A stretch of DNA of 44,856 nucleotides from Chiloscyllium plagiosum (Eukaryota): contig NC_057720.1 of NCBI RefSeq assembly GCF_004010195.1, positions 23,513,503-23,558,358 on the forward strand, given 5' to 3'. Positions 35,041 through 44,856 of this stretch are shown piece by piece (positions within the stretch are counted from its first letter, which is position 1; each line of letters begins with the position of its first letter). The translations under genes and the position numbers were made by a program. The notes below the pieces were generated by a model. The model saw only the letters and a list, made by a program, of their open reading frames with translations, was not told the origin of the DNA and ran no database searches.

Positions 35041-37289
35041 AAATGAATATTGAAACAGAAAGGTACTGCATATTTTGTCAAAATTCGGGACTGAATCGGA
35101 AACCTTTAAATCTTCAGTCTAACGCTCTCCCTCCTGAGTTATTTTGGGAGAGTGAAGAATTGGAAATTGCATATAAATAAGGAGAGTTAGATTAGATGCA
35201 ACTTCATAGAAGTAAGATAGTTACCACTAAACAACAAGATTCTATGTTTAAAGCATAAGGGATAATAATAATTCTTTTGTGGTGTTGAGATTCCAGTCTT
35301 TTTATTCTTATGTATTTCCCCAATTCTCTCCTGGGAAATCTCACTACTCCCCAAATTGTACTTACTTTGCTTGGGACCATTTCCATGAATCCGTGTAATC
35401 AGCCTAATTATCACCAAACCCCAAGCCTACATCCAGTTGTCAAACTTGCAAATCAGCAAATTGTGTAATTGTCAATTTTTCTGTCTTTGGGTCGAGCCTT
35501 TGAATGTGGACCAGGAGTGCAAAATGGTCTCAGGACTAATGTTTCAGAATTTGAAATTTGAAATTGTTTGTGCACAAAGCCATATTTAACTTGATATGAA
35601 AGAGTATCATGTGAAAGTGCAACTTGAAAGAAAGATGCCAACGTTGTTGCTATGGTGCTACTATGAGTCACTGAAAAGAAAACTGCAAAAGCATTGACAA
35701 AATTTAACTGAAAGCAGAGTAATTGTATATATTGAAGCAACGATGATTTCAGCGGAAGAACTGATCATGCAGTGCATGTTAAATGGTACAGGGTTCATAA
35801 ACTGCCTGATTCAACAACAGAAATTAAAAAAAATCAAGATTTTTATTCACTAAGGATGAATCTTTAATGGTTAAATTAAAAAAAAAATCTGGCATACCAT
35901 ATTGAGAGCAGAAGCAAGAGCATTTTGATCAGCATTTGCAAAGAAACTTGCATGTTTTGAAAATGACTTGTTTTGCTTGTTTAGATGCATTGCCCACATT
36001 GTGAGGTATATGTTTTATCCAATATCCAGTCCCGATATTGTTTACACCCATCATTTTTAGGTTGACATAAATTGATCCAAATTATGATTTCAGTCGTAAA
36101 TATTTTTAAGGCATCTGTTTCTTGCCTTACCTCTTAATTTTTCCAGCACAATGAATGATGAAGCAGTGTGTAAAATGGTTGTCAGATTATGTTTTATTGC
36201 TGTGCTCAAAATGGATAGCTCTTCAGGTTGGAACTGGGAAAGAAATACACTGTGATCACATTGGTTTTCATAATTGGCTTGACAACACCGGTGCTGAGAT
36301 TTGCATTTAAAAACTAAATGCTATATCACACTTATGCCGATCCAAAACGTGATATTGTGCGTCAGGTGAACAAGAGCAGCACTCTTTCAGTGTCTGAGAC
36401 AGCACCTGTCACATTCCCCTTTCTACAAATTCCAGTCACTTGCAAAATCAACAGCAATGTTAAAGCATTGCTAAATTTCTCCATTCATTTCACGGTCATG
36501 GCTGTTGTGTATGAAATTATGAACTAAAGAAATACATAAGTGATGAAACGTGAAGCTGAATCCTGGCTGTGAATGAGGTAGCAATGAAAATTAGGAATGT
36601 GCAAAAAACCAGAATTAGAGCAGTGCAGAGATCTCAGTGGGTTGTAGGGCTAGATGAGGACACAAAGGAATGGAGATTAGATGCCAATGAGGAAATTGAA
36701 AAGGTGGATGAGAATTTTAAAATGGGATTGAGATATCAGTAAGAACAGAGGTAATGGGTCACCAGGAGTCAGTATCAAACAACAGAATTTACACTGAAAC
36801 AGGTATGATGAACATTAGCTTCAACTTGCTAACATTCCACTTCCTCTCCAACTTTATTCTGAACTTTTCCTTGCCCTGAGCTAAATCGTCACCTCCCACA
36901 AGTGGCAAATTTTGTTACCAAATCCAACTTTGGAAGCAGTGTGGTAAAGTGAAGATTTGATAACCATGATGCTTGTTGAGGTATATTATTTGACAAAAAA
37001 TCTCAGGAGTCTCAGGCACAGGTTAGCAATAATTTATCAAGCCAATGTTGACATAACCTACCCCAGAGAGGATTCTGAGGTAGTACTCGAACACAATAAG
37101 GACTCGTCAGACGTTTGTACATTGTAAATCACCGAGACAGTGCATTGCTGAAATTGCAAAATCATCTGAATCATCTGTATAAAACAACTATTTTGTCTTA
37201 CATATTCCAAAAGTGGCAGGGCACCTGTTACCCCAGGTCTCACCAAAATCTATCTTCTCTCCAAAGCCTGCACTTCATTCCCAACTTTG

Positions 37290-37408
37290 ACTATGAAGGG
37301 CTTGTGCCTGAAACATCTCCTGCTCCTTGGATGCTGCCTGACCTGCTTTTCGCGTGCCACACTTTTCAACTCTGACTCTCCAGCATCTGTAGTCCTCATT
37401 TTCTCCTT
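37290..37408 (+). mobile_element. Family A short element, decayed
   Basis: atgaagggcttgtgcctgaaacat...ttggatgctgcctgacctgc...ccagcatctgtagtcctcattttctcc. Confidence 0.75.
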
Positions 37409-37639
37409 GACTAAAACCCTTGTCCGATAAGGTGGTTGCTCATAATTCTTCATTCTACTTGTTTCCCACATTTCCACCATTTGTGATTGGATCAGTGTCT
37501 TGAGATTCAACCAATAAGCAGAATAGAATTTTACCATTAAGAAGGAATCTCGTGATTTAGAAGACGGTGTTAATAGTCAGAGTTGAATTTGTTACTACCA
37601 CATTCTGTTCTTTGATAATTGTTCCTTTTCTTGTCAGAG

Positions 37640-37875
37640 CTTGACTATTAATCCAGAAACTCAGCAAATGTACTGGGAATGCAGGTGCAAATTCCGCCAT
37701 GGCAGATGGCAGAATTTCAATTCAGTAAGAAATCTGGAATTAAGGGTCTAATGATGACCATGAAACATTATTGAATGTTGTAAAAATCCTTCTGGTTCAC
37801 TAATGTCCTTTAGAGAAGGAAATATATCATCCTTACCTGGTCTGGCCTACACATGACTCCATACCCACATTGCTG
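37640..37875 (+). mobile_element. Truncated tRNA-derived SINE, same family as 27160
   Basis: gactattaatccagaaac...aatctggaattaag..tctaatgatgacca...ggttcactaatgtccttta. Confidence 0.75.
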
Positions 37876-39554
37876 TGTGGGAAAGGGTAAGGGTATTTGA
37901 GATGGTTTAGTGCCACAGCTCCTCCTTTGCTTTGCTTTGCTTTGGGTCTATCTAATGATTAGTGTAGTGGAACCATTGTAGCATATCTACAGAAGAGGCA
38001 CTGTTCTTAGAAGAAATGAAGGCTTACTGCATGTTAACTGTAAGTACAACTACATTTAGTCAGGCATATTTATGAGAACATTACAGGAGCTGGTACAAAT
38101 ACATGTACTGCCTCATTGTTTCCACCCACAGACTGTATTTGAAGTCAGTAGAATAGGGTGGAGCTAATGTGGCAAGCACCTTAACCCCTTAAGAATAGTA
38201 GCATTATACAACAATAGCCAAGCTGTCTTGTTGGTTGCAGTAATATCTATGATGATTCTCAACACAATGAACAGATGCTTACTTGATCTGTATTCACGTT
38301 TCTTGCCCAATCATATTGTGTAATGTTGAAATATTGCCTGACACATTTAAGATGTTTAGCTGTTCAGAGGAGACAGTGCCCTGTGATTATTATTAGCCTA
38401 TACAAAGCAGCTTGTCATGCAGGAATCACTGATGCTCTTATACTTAGTTTACTCATCATCAACTGCTTAATCCAGGTCCCTTTTTAATGGTTTTGTGAAA
38501 CTGGCTTTCCCATTATAAAGGTGCCGAACAATAGGTCACATTAAAACCTTTTCTCTCTGCTGGGATTTGGATTAAAAAATGATGCCTGGTAAGGGGAAGA
38601 TCAAGACAGCAAGATAAAGGCAAGGTGGATAAGTGTAATTAAAGATTTGAAGATAACTGAAGTATTTCGTTAAGTCAGAGACTGTGCGCTCAGCAGATAC
38701 TTCAGAAACGATTAAAGGAACTGCTAAAGCTTTTCCACTGAAGACCTTTCCAGTTATGAGGAACACTGAACAATATAGATAGACTGAATGATTAGGGCAG
38801 CTACAGAAATAGATTAGGGTAAGTATACCTGCACTATTAAAGACTTCTGTTATCAACATGGATCCCCTATTGATGTCAACAGCTCCCTTCTGAAGTACAG
38901 AAAGCTATTATGTCTGTAACAAGACCCAGATACTTACAGGGGGAAGGGGAAAGCAGCGCTCAAGGTCAGGATATTTCTGGAAACTTAGAAGAAAGGATTT
39001 CCTTCAGGATTTATGCAATTTAATTGGAGAACCTTATCCACATTTCTCTGTCTCAGTTTTCTAGTTGCCATCACCCAAGGCTGCAGTGATGGCACCGTGA
39101 GAAGGGACAGAGGAATTTGAAGTTCAAGCAGAGTCAGGAGAAGAGATGGGAAAAGTAAGTGGCGATCAGAAAAGCCAACGGACTTGATCAGAAAGGAGAG
39201 AAAACTAGGTCAGAAAATTTAGGAATCTGTGAGTTTGAGAATTCGGAGGTTGGAATTGAGGAACAGAGGGGTGGGGTGGGGCAAGGAGTGACAGATCAGA
39301 AAGATCATGGGGCGATGGGAAAAGCAGCAAGGACATTTTCTTCAGTTCTGGGTGGACCTGGTAGCTTGGAACACATTGCAACTTGGGGGTGAGTGTCTAA
39401 TCATGGATGTGTTTTACAGGTAGCCTGCTGCCCTGGGCAGGAGCATTCCTGCTTCGATGGCTCACAGCTACTGGATTGGAAATCCTTGCTCCCCCTCAGC
39501 TCTCACAGGTTTCCTGGGACAAGAAGATGAAGCCACTTCATAGATCATTTTACT

Positions 39555-40820
39555 TTTATTCAATTGTGGGATGTGGGCATTGCTGGCTGGCCAGCATTTA
39601 TTGCCCGTCCCTAGTTGACTTTGAGAAGGTGGTGGTGAGCTGCCTTCTTGAACTGCTGCAGTCCACCTGCTGTGGGTTGACTCACAATGTTGTTAGGGAG
39701 GAAATTCCATGACTTTGGCTCAGCAATAGTGAAGGAATGATGATGTATCTCCATCAGGATGGTGAGTGGCTTGGAGGGGAACTTACAAGTAGTGGTATTC
39801 CCATGCATCTACTGCCTTTGTCCTTTGAGAAGGAAGTGGTTGTGGGTTTGGAAGGTGCTGTCTGAGGATCTTTGGTGAAGTCTTGCAGCGCATCTTGTTG
39901 ATAGATGCTGCTCCTGAGTGATGTGGTGGAGGGAACAGATGCCTCTAGATATAATGCCAATCAAGCCGGCTGCTTAGTCTTGGATGGTGTCAAACTTCTT
40001 CAGTGTTATTGGAGCTGCACCCATCCAGGCAAGTAGGGAGTATTTATCACACTCCTGACTTGTGCCTTGGAGATGGTGGACAGGCACTGGGGGAATCAGG
40101 AGGTGAGTTACCTACTGTAGTATTCCTAGTCCCTGGCCTGTTGTTGTAGCCACTGTGTTTATGAGGTGAGATCAGTTGAATTTCTGGTCAATGGTAACCC
40201 CAAGGTGTTGATAATGGGAGGGGGGTTCAGTCATGGCAACACCTTTTTATGTCAAGGGGTGGTGGTTAGATTGTCTCTTTAGATTTGTGTTGCATGAATG
40301 TTACTTGCCACTTGTCAGCCCAAACCTGAATATTGTCCAGATCTTGTTACATTTGAACATGGACTGCTTCAGTATCTGAGAGTTGCGAATGGTGCTGAAT
40401 ATTGTGCAAATATTGTGCAACCATCCTCACTTCTGACCTTAGGATGGAGGGAAGGTCGTTGATGGTTGATCCCAGGACACTACCTTGAAGAACTCCTGCA
40501 GAGATATCCAGGAGCTGAGAAGACTAACCTCAAAAAATCATGACCACCTTCCTATATAGCAGATGTAATTCCAACCAGTGGAGAATTTGCCCATGATACC
40601 CATTGATTCTAGTTTTGCAAGGGCTCCTGATGTCACACTCAGTCAAATGCAGCCTTGATGTCAAGTGTTGTCACTCTCACCTTATCTCTAGAGATAAACT
40701 CTTCTGACCATGTTTGAGCTGAGTGACCCTGGTGGAACCTAAACTAGACATCCCTGAGCAGGTTATTTCTGAGCATGTGCTACTTGATAGCATTGTTGAT
40801 GACACCTTCCATCACCATTT
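39555..40820 (-). mobile_element. CR1/L2-group LINE, RT through 3' end, degenerate
   Basis: Minus strand LDIKAAFD at ~40640-40665; HGNTTTCKFPSK; 3' tail shared with SINE 27160. Confidence 0.8.
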
Positions 40821-41494
40821 GACATAGGTAAAATCTGTCAATATCAAATCCAAAAAATATGGAGCTCCTGGGAATAGATTGGTTGCATGTAAAACCAGGC
40901 ATACTTTGTATTGAGACAGATGAGGATTTGAGTTTAAGATTTGCAATATTTTTATGAAAGATCCTCAACTCTGCCATTTCAGGGATTAAAGTATTTTGAC
41001 TCTGGAAAATGTAAAAGGAGCAGAAGTCTCTGTTAAGCTACCAGCCGAAACATTGCTCAAGAACAACAAAAAACAATAAAAGCAAACCTTGTGAAAAGAC
41101 ATTACTGTTTTCACCCATTGTAATACTTGTCAGTGGTATATTTTATCACTGCTCCTACAATTTGTTTCATTGTCTTTCTACACACAAGAAAGAGCAAAAT
41201 AGATTCAGCGTTTGTTTCCTGTGAGGATGACCATAGTTTTGCCTGATCATTTTCCATAAATGCAGTAATTTATAATCAGCTCACCAGATAGGCCAAAACG
41301 TGATAATTGCTGCTTGAAATAACAAGTTGGATTCGACAGTCAGGATGCATTTGCTAAAAAAATGTTACTTCAAATGTGTTTTGTCAGATTGTAACCTGGA
41401 AACACTTACAAAAGATATTACTATGTAAGCATTTTAAGAAAATACACATTAATGGCCACCATTAATACCAAAGGAATTCTTCTATTCCAAGAAA

Positions 41495-41760
41495 AGTAGA
41501 AAACAGGAGCACGAATAGGCCATTCATCCCTTCCAGCGGACTCTGCCATTAAATATGATCAGGACTGATCATCCGACAGCATCCTGGTCCTGTTTTCTCC
41601 CCATAGCCATTGATCCTTTTAGCCCTAAGAACTATATATAAGTTCATCTTGAAAACATCCAATGTATTGATCTCAAACATTTTCGGTGCCAGAGAATTTG
41701 ATAGGCTCACCACTTTGTGGGTGAAGAAATTCTCTTCATCTCAGTCCAAAATGTCCCACC
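41495..41760 (-). mobile_element. CR1 3'UTR fragment
   Basis: aggagcacgaataggccattc...gggtgaagaaattctcttcatctcagtcc. Confidence 0.65.
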
Positions 41761-41919
41761 CCTGTATCCAATGTACATAAGCAGCATTTGAAGTATTGTG
41801 TAGATTCTTAACAGCGCAATAGCCTATTGTTTGCAAATATCAAGAATTGGTCATTAACCACTCCCTCATTGAAGACTTGTTAAATGTCTTGTCAAATGCT
41901 AAGGACTGAGTTGATGATT

Positions 41920-42112
41920 TAACAAAACAGAAATTGCCAGAGAAACTCAGCACCGATGATGAGAAAACAGCGTTAATGTTTGGAATCCAGTGACCCTTCT
42001 TCAGAATTAATGTTCTGACAAGCATTCTGAAAGGTCACTGGACCTGAAGGTTAAGTCCTATTTCTCTCTGCAGATACTGCCAGTCCTGCTGAGATTTTCC
42101 AGCAATTTCAAT
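41920..42112. mobile_element. Palindromic family D element, decayed
   Basis: ..tccagtgacccttcttcagaa / ttctgaaaggtcactggacc..; outer arms gaaattgccagagaaactcagca / tgctgagattttccagcaatttc. Confidence 0.75.
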
Positions 42113-42914
42113 CTCTGCTACTTTTATTTAAATATTTACCTCAGTAATGCTTGCACTACCACTGCTAAATTGTTTTTAAAACTTTTCATCCTAAGATGAA
42201 CTGCTATGTTTTTCCTCATAACATAGGCTAATTAACCTGAGATGAAGTAATTGTTCTCTTTCAAAATCTTTTAAATGCAGCAAGAGTGTTGTTGATTGAA
42301 TTGAAGCCATTTTCCTGTCATTGTTAACAAGTTGAGGACCAAGGATGACCCTCTAAAAAGTGAATCTCTGATCTGCCCTTGAAATGAAATATTTCATTTA
42401 ATATATATGACAATGAAGCATTTGTTCTCCACATCCAGCCCAGCATATTTAGGGATACCATTCCCATATTATCTGAAAGCAATAGACCAAATATGACAAA
42501 TATTCAGTAGTGGTAGCATGATGAAAGATTTTTCTATTCAAGAATGATATTTTATGAGGAGATTTGCCTTTAATTTCTATTAAAATATGTAAAAGGACTG
42601 GTAAGTGCAGCTTATTATACTTGTAGCCTTCAAACTCTGAAAGTTAGGTTCAAATTCCTTCCAGATATTTGGCTAGAAAGTCTTTTCTGCTAGTCTTAAG
42701 AGCTGAATGTTAAATATTTTGCTCTTCTCAATGCAGTTTCTCATGGCCATGGCACTGTACACTATACAAAACTATCCCTGAAAGATAATCCTATCTGAGA
42801 CTGCATAGAATGAGTATTGCACATTAGACATTTGTCAGTGTTGAAATCAAGGATACCTTTGCTGACTGGAGGCACACTCCTCAGGGCAAGTAAGTAAAGC
42901 TTTACTCTGAATCT

Positions 42915-43285
42915 AAGCATAGAATCATACAGTGCAGGTGAGGCCCTTTGGCCCTTCACATCTACACTGATAAAAAATGACTCTAAGTCCAATCTAGTCC
43001 CAAGTTCCAGCACTTGACTCAAGCCTTGAATATTATGACATTTCAAGTGCTAATCTAAGAATTATTAAAGATAGTGAGATTCCCTATCCTTCCAGGCATT
43101 GCAATCCAGATAACTAGTAGTCTGGGTGGAGAACATTTTCCTCAAATCCCCTCTAAACCTCTTGCCTTTCGCCTTAAACTTATATCTCCTTGCTGTTGAA
43201 CCTTCAACTAAGGGAAGCAGCTGCTTTCTATTCACCCTGTCCAAACACCTCATAATCTTATACATCTCAATCAGGCCCCCTTGAT
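42915..43285 (-). mobile_element. CR1 3' end
   Basis: GGLIEMYKIMRCLDRVN..RFRGDLRK; tail catagaatcatac. Confidence 0.75.
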
Positions 43286-43344
43286 TCTCGCTGGAGCATT
43301 TGATGTTCATATTAAATGACTCAAGACCAAATTTCTTACTGGGT

Positions 43345-43580
43345 TCAATATGGTAAATATATTCCCTGGCTCAGGGGTTTAGAAACAAGGACACCATTTC
43401 AGAATAAGTGGTAGGCCATCTAGGACTGAGATGAGAAGGAAGTCCACTCTGAGGAATGTTTGAAATTGTTTCCTCCACAAGGCTGTGGAGGCTCAGTCAG
43501 TGGGTCCATTTAAGACAGAAATCAATAGATTTCTGGATATTGAAGATTCAAGTGATATGGGGGTAATGGGTGAAATTGGA
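43345..43580 (+). mobile_element. CR1 3' fragment
   Basis: aggactgagatgagaagga...aggctgtggaggctcagtca...aagacagaaatcaatagatttctgg. Confidence 0.6.
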
Positions 43581-43604
43581 TGATAGTCGTAATGTACTGT
43601 CAAC

Positions 43605-44461
43605 TGTTATGGACCAGACTAAACCCCCTCAAAATATGTTAAGGGGATAGCATAGATCCTAACTTTTATTGTATTTATAGGCAAGTGTAAGGGTCTATGT
43701 CCTAGATGAGATTTAATTGGTCACTCTCCTAGACTGTACACCACAGTTAAAACACAAAGAGAAGGAATTGGCACAAATTAAACTCTATTGAAATACTTAA
43801 CAAAATAATATATTATCAAACAAGTATTCGTCAATTCTTCCAATATGGCTGACCTTTCCATTGTATATACACCCTTAGCAAAGGCAAATTCAGCAAAATT
43901 GATTTGCTCATTTGCTATCTCCTGTAGTCTAGAAGAAAGGGAAAATAAAACAAAAAAAATGAATCTATTAGTAGGGAGAGAACTCAAGTTTTTTGCAGCA
44001 GAGAGAGAGAGAATTGTATCTAGCAGTTTCAATTCAGAAAAACCACAACTTCTGATCTCTTCTCTCTCTGCACGTGCTTTGCAGTTGTAACACAGTATTC
44101 TGCACTCTTTTTGCTATCCTGATGCACTTTATATATAGTGCGTTGCCTGTAGAGCACAAAATTAACACTTTTCACTGTATCTCAGTACATGTGACAACAA
44201 TAAATCAATCAGTTTTGGTTTCAATTGTTGAAACTTTGATTTATTGACTTTACTTTAATCAATCAATCAAAACTTCGACAACTGAGAGCAAAACTAAAAA
44301 CTCCATGTGAGCCTGACTCCACCTACACATGCTTCTTTTTTCTACTTTCTAAAACAGTACTCTGATTCTCATGGAGCAGACACCTGGGCACCAGGTTGAG
44401 AAACTTCTCTTCAAGAGAAACAGGACAGAACCAATCCCTCTTAAAGGCACATATCATCACA
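43605..44461 (-). mobile_element. Solo LTR with 4-bp TSD and a nested LINE tail
   Basis: TGTTATG...CATCACA inverted termini; TSD caac at 43601-43604 and 44462-44465; strand tentative. Confidence 0.72.
44060..44212 (+). mobile_element. Rex1/Babar-like 3'UTR tail nested in the LTR
   Basis: cttttcactgtatctcagtacatgtgacaacaataaatcaatc matches the tails near 14330, 30020 and 34180. Confidence 0.7.
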
Positions 44462-44856
44462 CAACAATACTTCTATTCCATCTCAAACATCAAAATCTGT
44501 AAGTACAACAAACTTTTATCCACCCACCTCCATAACCAGCGGTCCTCAAACATTCCAGAAGATTCCCCTGGCCTCGGAAATGCCATTAGCCATGCTGCTG
44601 ATGCAGCTACCACCCCTACGCTGATTGATGATGTCACTTCTGCCCCCATCATGGCCACTCCCACAGCCACTTCCGCCCCTCACATTATCGCCGATGCCAC
44701 ACGCTCAGTGACTTCCGCCACCCCTACTGCCGTGTCTGCCACCACTTCCGTCCCCACCAGCGCCACTCACCTGCATTCTGCTGACACGCCCCCCACAGAC
44801 CCCACTGTCACTATCCCCACCCCCCAGAACCCCGAGGGGAACACTACCCCTGCTCA
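44462..44856 (+). mobile_element. Stop-free frame running off the window; probably the Thr/Ala/Pro-rich N-terminal part of a young retroelement (PLE-like) ORF
   Basis: Manual translation QQYFYSISNIKICKYNKLLSTHLHNQRSSNIPEDSPGLGNAISHAADAATTPT...PQNPEGNTTPA, 131 codons with no stop; CpGs retained; PLE assignment is from recollection only. Confidence 0.45.

Noticed and set aside
35700..36550. Repeat-free AT-rich stretch as a conserved non-coding element
   Set aside because: Cannot be supported without cross-species alignment
21720..44856. First exon of PLPPR4, the divergent neighbour in other vertebrates
   Set aside because: No DSVTLLPCFYFVE-like sequence found by eye

Overview
Repeat-rich vertebrate genomic DNA; the repeat families point to a shark, probably a carpet or bamboo shark (inference). 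One host coding exon is recognisable: the first coding exon of PLPPR5 (minus strand, ATG 20906 to donor 20703), inside a CpG-enriched promoter/5'UTR region. Sequence to its left is probably intron 1 (exon 2 not found) and sequence to its right is upstream/intergenic. Most other ORF-track entries are transposon remnants or noise: CR1, Rex1/Babar-like and CR1/L2-group LINEs, HE1-type and other tRNA SINEs, three solo LTRs, a deleted Tigger and Penelope-like elements (PLEs). The most notable signal is about 15 short PLE-terminus-derived insertions from four sequence families. Most carry a minimal type I hammerhead ribozyme motif (CUGAnGA-N-stem II-GAAA-NN-UH with a palindromic ACGU/AGCU), several have 8-16 bp target-site duplications, and several are near-perfect palindromes. 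Family names come from recalled motifs; no database search was run.
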